Shown here: positions 1 through 10,826 of the stretch, piece after piece
Position numbering within the stretch: the stretch's first letter is position 1
How the letters are laid out: the number at the start of each line of letters is the position of its first letter
Source: Phoronis australis
Taxonomy: Eukaryota > Animalia > Phoronida
Assembly: GCA_002633005.1 (NCBI GenBank)
Contig: NMRA01001011.1
Location: 13,990 to 55,148, forward strand
Direction of reading: 5' to 3'
Length of the DNA: 41,159 nucleotides
Program-made: the position numbers and the translations under genes
The notes under the pieces: model-generated
Told to the model about the DNA's origin: nothing
Database searches by the model: none
The model's input: only the letters and a program-made list of their open reading frames with translations

Positions 1-384
1 AAAACAGCCAAAACTGCTTAAAACAGCCAAAACTCGTTCAAAAACGGCCACAACTGCTTGAAACAGCCAAAGCTCATTAAAAACAGCCAAAGCTCGTTAA
101 AAACAGCCAAAACTCGTTAAAAACAGCCAAAACTCGTTAAAAACAGCCAAAACTCGTTAAAAACAGCCAAAACTCGTTAAAACCAGCCAAAACTCGTTAA
201 AACCAGCCAAAACTCGTTAAAACCAGCCAAAACTCGTTAAAACCAGCCAAAACCCTTTAAAAACAGCCAAAACTGCTTGAAACAACCAAAACTTGTTAAA
301 AACAGCCTAAACTGCTTGAAACAACCAAAACTCGTTAAAAACAGCCAAAACTGCTTAAAACAGCCAAAACACGTTCAAAACTGT
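1..384 (+). repeat. 19-bp tandem minisatellite, consensus AAAACAGCCAAAACTCGTT (~20 copies)
   Basis: Near-perfect 19-bp period visible directly, e.g. 119-240 (aaaacagccaaaactcgtt / aaaccagccaaaactcgtt), with variant units ending ...actgctt. Confidence 0.97.
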
Positions 385-387
385 ACG

Positions 388-458
388 TTTTTAGCAGTTT
401 TGGCTGTTTTGAAGGTGTTTTGGCTTTTTTCAACGATTTTTGGCTGTTTTTAGCACTT
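388..458 (-). repeat. Inverted copies of the same 19-bp minisatellite (3-4 degenerate units)
   Basis: tttttagcagttttggctgtttt is the reverse complement of aaaacagccaaaactgctaaaaa. The orientation switch is centred on aaaactgtacgttttt (~377-392). Confidence 0.85.
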
Positions 459-461
459 TTC

Positions 462-2890
462 CTTAGTTCCAAAGAAAAACAACAGGTGGCGCTCAATTCA
501 AGCAAGTCGTAGTGTTGAAATGCACGCACGACAGCAATGCATACAACATGCTTCTTCACCTGTTGATTAGTTTCGAAAGTAGACAATAGGTGGCGCAGAA
601 ATTTGCTACAGCTGTTCTTTAGTTCCAAAAATACACAACAGGTGGCGCTTAACTTTGCCACAATTCAAGCAAGTCGTAGTGTTGAAATACACCAACGACA
701 GCAACGCATACAGCATGCTTCTTGAGCTGTTGATTAGTTCCGAAAGTAGACAATAGGTGGCGCTCAAATTTGCTAGAGCTATTCTTTAGTTCCAAAAATA
801 GACAACAGGTGGCGCTAAAATTTGCCACAATTAAGTAACAAAACCAAGGCGTAGTGTTGAAATGCTTGCACAACTCCAATGCATACAGCATGCTTCTTCA
901 CCTGTTGATTAGTTTCGAAAGTAGACAATAGGTGGCGCAGAAATTTGCTACAGCTGTTCTTTAGTTCCAAAAATACACAACAGGTGGCGCTTAACTTTGC
1001 CACAATTCAAGCAAGTCGTAGTGTTGAAATACACCAACGACAGCAACGCATACAGCATGCTTCTTGAGCTGTTGATTAGTTCCGAAAGTAGACAATAGGT
1101 GGCGCTGAAATTTACTAGAGCTATTCTTTAGTTCCAAAAATAGACAACAGGTGGCGCTAAAATTTGCCACAATTAAGTAACAAAAGCAAGGCGTAGTGTT
1201 GAAATGCTTGCACAACTGCAATGCATACAGCATGCTTCTTGACCTGTTGATTAGTTTCGAAAGTAGACAATAGAAATTTGCAGAAATTTGCTAGAGCTGT
1301 TCTTTAGTTCCAAAAATAGACAACAGGTGGCGCTAAACTTTGCCACAATTCAAGCAAGTCGTAGTGTAGAAATGCACCCACGACAGCAACGCATACAGCA
1401 TGCTTCTTGAGCTGTTGATTAGTTTCGAAAGTAGACAACAGGTGGCACAGAAATTTGCTGGAGCTGTTCTTTAGTTCCAGAAATACACAACAGGTGGCGC
1501 TAAACTTTGCCACAATTCAAGCAAGTCGTAGTGTTGAAATGCACCCACGACAGCAACGCATACAGCATGCTTCTTGAGCTGTTGATTAGTTCCAAAAGTA
1601 GACAATTGGTGGCGCTGAAAATTGCCAGAAATCTGTAACAAAAGGAAGACTGATCGTTGAAATGAACCCACGACAGCAACGCATACAGCCTATTTCCAGG
1701 GCTGTTCTTTAGTTCCAAAAACAGACAACAGGTGTCGCTAAACTTTGCCACAATTCACTAACAAAAGCAAGGCGTACTGTTGAACTGCACCTACGACAGC
1801 AACGCGTACAGCGTGTTTCTAGAGCTCTTCTTTAGTTCCAAAAATAGACAACATGTGGCGCAGACATTTGCCACAATTCAGTAATAAAAGCAAGGCAGAG
1901 CATTGAAATGCATCCACAACAAAGTTGCATACAGCATGCTTCTTGAGCTGTTGATTAGACAATAGGTGGCGCAGAAATTTGTCACAATTCAGGAACAAGA
2001 GCAAGGCACAGCGTTGACATGCACCTACAACAGCAACACATACAGCATGCTTCTAGAGCTCTTTAGTTCCAAAAATAGACAACAGGTGGCGCTAAACTTT
2101 GCCACAATTCAGTAACAAAAGCAAGGCGTAGTGTTGAAATCATTACAAAACAGCAATACATACTGCATGTTTCTTGAGCTGTTGATTAGTTCTGAAAATA
2201 GACAACAGGTGGTGCAATTTGTCATAATTCAGTAATAAAAGCAAGGCGGAGCGTTGAAAAGCATCCACAACAATACAGCATGCTTCTTGAGCTGTTGATT
2301 AGTTCCGAAAGTAGACAATAGGTGGCGCTGAAATTTGCTAGAGCTCTTCTTTAGTTCCAAAAATAGACAACAGGTGGCGCTAAAATTTGCCACAATTCAG
2401 TAACAAAAGCAAGGCGTAGTGCTGAAATGCTTGCACAACAGCAGTGCATAGAGCATGCTTCTTGACCTGTTGATTAGTTTTGAAAGTAGACAATAGATGG
2501 CGCAGAAATTTGCTAGAGCTGTTCTTTAGTTCCAAAAATAGACAATAGGCGGCGCTAAACTTTGCCACAATTCAAGCAAGTCGTAGTGTTGAAATGCACC
2601 CACGACAGCAACGCATACAACATGTTTCTTGAGCTGTTGATTAGTTCCAAAAACAGACAATAGGTAGCGCCACAATTCAGTAACAAAAGCAAGGCGTAGC
2701 GTTGAAAATCACCCACGACAGAGCTCTTATTTAGTTCCAAAAACAGACAACAGGTGGCGCAGAACTTTGTCACAATTCAGTAACAAAAGCATGGTCTAGC
2801 GTTGAACTGCACCTACGACAGCAGCGCATACAGCGTGTTTCTAGAGCTTTTCTTTAGTTCCAAAAATAGACAACAGGTGGCCCTGAACTA
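462..2890 (+). repeat. Complex satellite of ~49-bp and ~122-bp units sharing TTAGTTCCAAAAATAGACAACAGGTGGCGC; 342-bp higher-order repeat
   Basis: The block recurs at alternating ~49 and ~122 bp spacing. Near-identical ORF-track peptides are offset by exactly 342 bp (649..891 vs 991..1233). Confidence 0.93.
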
Positions 2891-5800
2891 AAATCTGCCA
2901 AAGAGACTAATGAAATTGCACATCGTCCGTTTGATCCGCCGGACAATTATCGTCTGTTATCTTCACATAAATTTACTTACTAAATTTAGTAATTAATGAT
3001 CCTGCAGTGGGTTTTGGAGATACAGTTATGGGTGAAGNTTCTTTAGTTCCAAAAATAGACAACAGGTGGCCCTGAACTAAAATCTGCCAAAGAGACTAAG
3101 GAAATTGCACATCGTCCGTTTGATCCGCCGGACAATTATCGTCTGTTACCTTCACATAAATTTACTTACTAAATTTAGTAATTAATGATCCTGCAGTGGG
3201 TTTTGGAGATACAGTTATGGGTGAAGAACAAAACAAAACAAAACTACCACTAGGAGGCGCCACAATAGTCAGTCACAATCAAACGTCCTCTTCACACTGA
3301 AAACATATAGGCCAATTTGCAAAACCATACTCAGAATGACTTGGTTGATCGAGGGGTGGATGCCAAAAACAAGATTTGAAAACAGCAAAATTGGCCACCA
3401 GGTGGTGCAAAATACCTCGATTTCATTGAAAAACAGGATGATAGCGTCATCTCACCAATTGATGCCTATATTCTATGAAAATCTGTTGATATGCAACCAC
3501 ATATAAATATGTGGGCGTATAAAAATGACCACTAGGTGGTGCAAAATGCCTCGAACCCATCCTAAAACGGGAGGAGAGTATCATCTAAATAATACATGCC
3601 TATCAATGAAGTTTTATGAAAATCGGTTCAGCACCTTTGAAAATAAACTATGATTGACAATAGGAGGCGCCTTAGTAGTCAAATTAGTCATCGTCAACCG
3701 TCCTATTGACAACCTAAGCCCAATTTTCAAAAATCAATTAGAATAGTTTGGTTGATAGAGAGGCAGAGAGCAAAAATGGCCACTAGGTGGGGCAACATAT
3801 CTCATCCATCCGAAAATAAGAAGACAGCATCATCTCACCGATGGAGGCCTATATTTCAAATGTTACGAAAATCCCTTGAGGGCCTTTGAATATAATGCAT
3901 GTAAAAAACTGAAGTTGATACTAGGGTCACATCAGTAGTCAGATCCGTCCAAAAGTTGTCGTATGTTGTTAACTTTATAACAATGCACTTGCTAAATTTA
4001 GTGAAGATCCTGCAAGTGGATTAGGAGATATAACCATGAGTGTAAAAAACGAACCTGCCACCAAGGAAAAATCATCATGAAAAGCCTTCTTCATAGTAAG
4101 AGTATATACGTCAATTTTCAAAATCATCCTTAGATAGAGGGTGAACTCAAAACAGCAAAATGACCACTAAGTCTGCGCAAAATACCTCGATTCCATCCGA
4201 AAACGGGATGATAGGGTCATCTCACTAATAGATGCCTATATTCCAAATTTTATGAAAATCTGTTCAGAACTTTGATGACACAGAGGTAAATATAAAAAAT
4301 TAAAATTGCCACTAGGGGGCACACCGACAGACAGATCTATCGAAGTCGTGTTGTCAACATCATATGAATATACTCGCTAAATTTAGTACAGATCCTGCAA
4401 ATGATTTAGGAGATATACCGGTAGGCATGACCACAAACAAAACGTAACTGCCACTAGAGGGCAAAACAGAACTTAGTCATTGAAAAATCATCATGAACCA
4501 TCCTCTTCATAGTAAGAGCATATATGCCAATTTTCAAAATCATCCTAAGAGTACTTTGGTTGATAGAAGGTGAATTCAAAAACAGCAAAAATGGATACTA
4601 AGTGGCACAAAATACCTTGATTCCATCCAAAAACGGGACGCTATCGTCTATATTCCAAATTTTATGAATCTCTTAAGGAGCTTTGAAGACACAGAGGTAA
4701 ATATGAAAAATTAAAATTGCCACAAGGGGTCACTCCGGCAGTCAGATCAGTCCAAAAGTCATGGTCATCTGTTGTCAACATCATATGAATATACTTGCAA
4801 AATTTAGTACAGATCCTGTAAATGGTTTAGGATACAAAGACATGAGCGCAATAAAAAACAAAACTGTCAATAGGAGGCCCAAAGTAGTCAAAGATATCGG
4901 AAAATCACGAGCCGTCTTCTTCAGAGTAGAAACATACTGTCAATAGGAGGCCCAAAGTAGTCAAAGATATCGGAAAATCATCACGAGCCGTCTTCTTCAG
5001 AGTAGAAACATACATGCCAATTTTCACAATCATCCTTAGAGTCGTTGATAGAAGAGTGGACACCAAAGAACAGACTCGAAACGCACAGTGTCGAATTGCA
5101 GCCACGAATACAACGCAAACCATGAGCTTCTAGAGTAGTTTATTTCTATCATAAAAATGGCCACTAGGTGGGCCAAAACATCCAATCCATCTAAAAACAG
5201 AACATGCCATTGCTTCTTTAATAGAGAGATATTTACCTAATTTCATAAGAATCTGTCAAGGAACTTCAGAGAAACAAAGGAAAATTGCTACAAGGGGGCG
5301 AAGCGTCCACTGAAAGTTGTCGTCTATTGTTAACTTCATATGAATACACTTACTAGTTCAATAAAGATCCTGCAGCGGGTTTAGAAGTTACACCTATTGG
5401 CGTAAAAAAACTACCAATAGGAGGCGCTACGATATTCAAAGTTGTCATCATCAACTGTCCTCTCATCACACTGAGAACATAAACGCCAATTTTCAAAATC
5501 ATCCTTAGAATGGTTTGGTTGATGGGGAGGTGGGCACTAAAAACAGACTCGAAAACAGTAGAAATGGCCACTAGGTGGTGCAACATATCTCATCCATCCG
5601 AAAATAAGAAGACCGCATCATCTCACCGATGGAGGCCTATATTTCAAATGTTATGAAAATCCCTTGAGGGCCTTTGAATATAATGAATGTAAAAAACTAA
5701 AGTTGATACTAGGGTCACACCAGTAGTCAGATCCGTCCAAAAGTTGTCGTATGTTGTTAACTTTATAACAATGCACTTGCTAAATTTAGTGAAGATCCTG

Positions 5801-7327
5801 CAAGTGGATTAGGAGATATAACCATGAGTGTAAAAAAACGAACCTGCCACCAGGGGGTACAACAGAAGTCAAAGTCGTTGAAAAATCATCATGAAAAGCC
5901 ATCTTCATAGTAAGAGTATATACGTCAATTTTCAAAATCATCCCTAGATAGAGGGTGAACTCAAAACAGCAAAATGACCACTAAGGTGGCGCAAAATACC
6001 TCGATTCCATCCGAAAACGGGATGATAGGGTCATCTCACTAATAGATGCCTATATTCCAAATTTTATGAAAATCTGTTCAGAACTTTGATGACACAGAGG
6101 TAAATATAAAAAATTAAAATTGCCACTAGGGGGCACACCGATAGACAGATCTATCGAAGTCGTGTTGTCAACATCATATGAATATACTCGCTAAATTTAG
6201 TACAGATCCTGCAAATGATTTAGGAGATATACCGGTAGGCATGACCACAAACAAAACGTAACTGCCACTAGAGGGCACAACAGAAGTTAGTCATTGAAAA
6301 ATCATCATGAACCGTCCTCTTCATAGTAAGAGCATATACGCCAATTTTCAAAATCATCCTAAGAATACTTTGGTTGATAGAAGGTGAACTCAAAAACAGC
6401 AAAATGGACACTAAGTGGCACAAAATACCTTGATTCCATCCAAAAACGGGACGCTATCATCTATATTCCAAATTTTATCAATCTCTTAAGGAGCTTTGAA
6501 GACACAGAGGTAAATATGAAAAATTAAAATTGCCACAAGGGGTCACTCCGGCAGTCAGATCCGTCCAAAAGTCGTGGTCATCTGTTGTCAACATCATATG
6601 AATATACTTGCAAAATTTAGTACAGATCCTGTAAATGGTTTAGGATACAAAGACATGAGCGCAATAAAAAACAAAACTGTCAATAGGAGGCCCAAAGTAG
6701 TCAAAGATATCGGAAAATCATCACGAGCCGTCTTCTTCAGAGTAGAAACATACATGCCAATTTTCACAATCATCCTTAGAGTCGTTTGGTTGATAGAGGA
6801 GTGGACACCAAAGAACAGACTCGAAAACAGTAACAAGAGCAACGCACAGTGTCGAATTGCAGCCACGAATGCAACGCAAACCAAGTGCTTCTAGAGTTGT
6901 TTATTTCTATCACAAAAATGGCCACTAGGTGGGCCAAAACATCCAATCCATCTAAAAACAGAACAAACCATCGCTTCTTTAATAGAGAGCTATTTACCTA
7001 ATTTCATAAGAATCTGTCAAGGAACTTCAGAGAAACAAAGGAAAATTGCTACAAGGGGGCAAAGCGCGTCCACTGAAAGTTGTCGTCTATAGTTAACTTC
7101 ATATGAATACACTTACTAGTTCAATAAAGATCATGCAGCGGGTTTAGAAGTTACACCTATTGGCGTAAAAAAATTACCACTAGGAGGCGCTACGATATTC
7201 AAAGTTGTCATCATCAACTGTCCTCTCATCACACTGAGAACATAAACGCCAATTTTCAAAATCATCCTTAGAATGGTTTGGTTGATGGGGAGATGGACAC
7301 TAAAAACAGACTCGAAAACAGTAGAAA

Positions 7328-7345
7328 TGGCCACTAGGTGGCGCA
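7328..7345 (+). promoter_or_regulatory. Representative CTCF-consensus-like motif (type A monomer core TGGCCACTAGGTGGCGCA)
   Basis: Matches the established CTCF core CCASYAGRKGGCRS. Type B example: 6121-6138 (TGCCACTAGGGGGCACAC). Type C example: 12737-12754 (TGCCACTAGGAGGCGCCA). Binding itself is not demonstrated. Confidence 0.65.
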
Positions 7346-7499
7346 AAATATGCCGAATCCATCTGAAAATGGTAAGATAGCGTGATCTCAACAATAGATA
7401 TCTATATTCCAAATTTAATGTAAATCTGTAGAGGACATTGGTAGTCAGATCCACGCGAAAGTAAAAACTTGCTAAGTTTAGTAGATATCCGGCTTAGGA

Positions 7500-8492
7500 C
7501 AGTGGTGGATCTAGGATATCACAAGGGGGGGCCCAACATTTTGTCCGGCTGGAAGCATTTGCGCAAACTGAACCACGATTGTTGATGCGCATAGCACCGA
7601 ATGGGGGGAGGTCGGGAGGGGGGTTTGCCCCCTTCCCGCCCAGGAAATTTTTCTGTTTTTACCTCTAAAAATCAAGCATTTTCCTTGATTCCTGAAGTAT
7701 TATTCAAGAAAAAAAAAAACAGAGAACGTGTCAAACAGGAAAACTGAACGTACCAAAGACTTGAACTCACGACTTAGCAATTAGAGAGCGCGTGCGTTAC
7801 CACTACACCACTACGATTTAACTAGTAATCTCATACTAAAAGACCTACTTGTTTATGGTCCACAGCGTTTGCGCGCGAAACCTACTTCATTTCGTAATGC
7901 TTGTTACACGTTTTATATTTTGTGCCATGAATTCTTAACAAATTTGTCGTATTTAAAATAGTCTTCAAATGCCCAAAAGACCAAATCCGTTTTTCGTGTT
8001 GGCATTGCTTTGGAAATCGTATAAGTTAAGGTTTGACAAAGAGAGTATTGCGAGTTTCTGAGTGATTCACTAAGGCTTCGATTAAAATTCACATCTTAAC
8101 AGCAGCTTCTGTTTTTTCATCGTCACTCAGGTTCCATTCTCTTTAAAAAATGAAGTAAATTTTCTTCATTGCACAGTGGAGCAGACGACGCAAACGGAGT
8201 CGTAGTGCGCAGCGACACTGCCGGTCGCCTGGGATATCGCGGGAGAGCCTATACTTAGCCATAGTTCCGTTACGAATGCGCCGTGTTCCGAATTTAACAC
8301 TTGAAATTGGGTTTGAGCCCCCCCCCCCAACACTAAAACTGCACACATTTAAATCTTTTTTCATCCGTATAATTTTAATTACCGGGTTTAATTAATAAAC
8401 TCACTATTTCCCTACGCTCTTACTGTTTTATTTTTTTTGCGGCAGCCAAGGGGGGGCCCGGGCCCCCTGGGCCCCCCCTAAATCCGCCTATG
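7500..8492. mobile_element. Non-autonomous DNA transposon/MITE, 993 bp, 5-bp TSD TAGGA (hAT5-like)
   Basis: TIRs CAGTGGTGGATCTAGG ... CCTAAATCCGCCTATG. TSD tagga at 7495-7499 and 8493-8497. The empty site cttaggacat is seen in the paralogous array copy at 12701-12710. GC-rich subterminal runs; no transposase ORF. Confidence 0.9.
7748..7817 (-). other. Degenerate tRNA-derived (SINE-head-like) sequence inside the MITE
   Basis: The minus strand reads ...gtagtggtgtagtggtaacgcacgcgctctctaattgctaagtcgtgagttcaagtctttggtacg. It has an A-box-like TGGTGTAGTGG, a D-stem GTGT/ACGC and a B-box-like GAGTTCAAGTC at tRNA spacing. Anticodon and T stems are decayed. Confidence 0.55.
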
Positions 8493-9277
8493 TAGGACAT
8501 ACCGCTATGGGCGCAAAAACCAAAACTGCCATTAGGAGGCGCCACAGTGGTAGAAGTTGCCACAAAATCATCGCGAGCCATTCCCTTCATAGTGAAAACA
8601 TTCATGCATATTTTCACGATCATCCTTAGAATAGTTTGGTTGATAGAAGGGTGGACACCAAAAAACATACTCGAAAACAGTAAAAATGGCCACTAAGTGG
8701 TGCAAACTACATCGAATCCATCCGAAAACGAGAGACATTCGTTGTCTCACTAATAGATACCCGTATACCAAATTATGTAAAAACACATTCAGGACCTCCG
8801 AAGATGCAGAGGTGAGCGTAAAAAACTACAAGAGCAACGCGGAGCGTTGAAATGCGCCCACGAATGCATCGCAAATGGTTTGCTTTTAGGGTTATTCGTA
8901 TCATAAAAATGGCCACTAGATGGCGCAAAAACGTACACTCCATCCATAAACGGGATCATGCCATATTTCATAAAATCTGCCAAGTAACTTCAGAGAAACG
9001 AAGGAAAACAGAACAAAATGAAATTGCCACTTGTAGGCACAGCGTCCGTTTGATCCGCGTGACAGACATCGTCTGTTATCTTCACATAAATTCACTTACT
9101 AAATTTAATAATGATCCAAACGTCCTCTTCACACTGAAAACATGTAGGCCAATATTCAAAACCATCCCAAGAATGATTTGGTTGATGGAGGAGTGGACGC
9201 CAAAAACAAGATTTGAAAACAGCAAAAATGGCCACCAGGTGGTGCAAAATAGCTCGATTCCATACAAAAACAGGACG

Positions 9278-10826
9278 ATAGCGTCATCTCACCAATAGAT
9301 GCCTATATTCAAGTATTCAAAATTTTATGAAAATCTGATGAGGACCTTTGAAGATACTGACTGGTGAACATAAAAAACTAAAATTGACATTAGAGGGCAC
9401 ACTAAAAGATAGATCGGTTTTAAAGTCGTCATCGTCCATTGTCAACATCATATAAATACACTTGCTAATTTAAGTCAAGATCCTGCATATGGTTTACGAG
9501 ATACGGCGATGAGCGCAAAAAACAAAACTGCCACTAGGAGCCGCCAGAGTAGTCGAACTCGTAAAATCATCGTCAACCATCCACTTTATAGTAGAAACAT
9601 ACATGCCAATTTTTGACAATTTTCCTGAAAGCGGTTTGGTTTATAGACGAGTGAACGACAAAAAAACATACTTGAAAACAGTAAAAGTGGCCACTAGGTG
9701 ACACAAACTAGTTCGAATCCATCTGGAAACTGAGAGATAGCGTCGCCTCATTAGCAGATGTCTTTATATAAATATGTGGGCGCACAAAAATTGCCACAAG
9801 GGGACATACCCGTAGTCTGAGAGGTACAAAATTTGTCGTTATCTGTCGTCAGCTTAATAGGAACACATCTGCCAAATCTCATCAAGATTCTGCCATAGGT
9901 TTAGGAGGTACAGCTGCGGACACCGGACACCGGGACAGAGATGACAGCAACATGCAACCACATATAAATATCTCGGTGCATAAAAATGACCACTAGGTGG
10001 GGAAACATATCTAATCCATCCGAAAATAAGAAGACAGCATCATCTCACCGANATAGCGTCATCTCACCAATAGATGCCTATATTCAAGTATTCAAAATTT
10101 TATGAAAATCTGATGAGGACCTTTGAAGTTACAGACTGGTGAACATAAAAAACTAAAATTGACATTAGGGGGCACACTAAAAGTTATATCTATTTTAAAG
10201 TCGTCATTGTCCATTGTCAACATCATATAAATACACATGCTAATTTAAGTCAAGATCCTGCATATGGTTTATGAGATACGGCGATGAGCGCAAAAAACAA
10301 AACTGCCACTAGGAGCCGCCAGAGTAGTCGAACTCGTAAAATCATCGTCAGCCATCCACTTTATAGTAGAAACATACATGCCAATTTTTGACAATTCTCC
10401 TGAAAGCGGTTTGGTTCATAGACGAGTGAACGACAAAAAACCATACTTGAAAACAGTAAAATTGGCCACTAGGTGACACAAACTAGGTCGAATCCATCTG
10501 AAAACTGAGAGACAGCGTCGCCTCATTAGCAGATGCCTGTATATAAATATGTGGGCGCATAAAAATTGCCACAAGGGGACATACCCGTAGTCTGAGAGGT
10601 ACAAAATTTGTCGTTATCTGTCGTCAGCTTAATAGGAACACATCTGCCAAATCTCATCAAGATTCTGCCAGAGGTTTAGGAGGTACAGCTGCGGACACCG
10701 GACGCCGGGACAGAGATGACAGCAACATGCAACCACATATAAATATCTGGGCACATAAAAATGACCACTAGGTGGGGAAACATATCTAATCCATCCGAAA
10801 ATAAGAAGACAGCATCATCTCACCGA
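9278..10826. other. Probable assembly overlap duplication across single N at 10052 (similar at N3038, N39666, N40281; N30426 has no obvious duplicate)
   Basis: 9278-10051 is repeated at 10053-10826 with few differences; ~2849-3037 at 3039-3227; ~39591-39665 at ~39671-39743; ~40126-40280 at 40282-40436. Each pair abuts an isolated n. Confidence 0.8.

Noticed and set aside
1-384. Telomeric repeat
   Set aside because: The 19-bp unit lacks TTAGGG/TTAGG-type G-rich repeats, and a subtelomeric position cannot be shown from the window.
462-2890. CRISPR-like appearance (30-bp conserved block with intervening sequence)
   Set aside because: The intervening sequences are themselves repeats, there are no cas genes, and the context is eukaryotic.
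2849-3227. Near-perfect ~190-bp tandem duplication as a recent biological event
   Set aside because: It is centred on the single N at 3038, so it is a likely contig-overlap artefact (same for N10052 and N39666).
7748-7817. Functional tRNA gene
   Set aside because: The anticodon and T stems do not pair properly; kept only as a tRNA-derived remnant.
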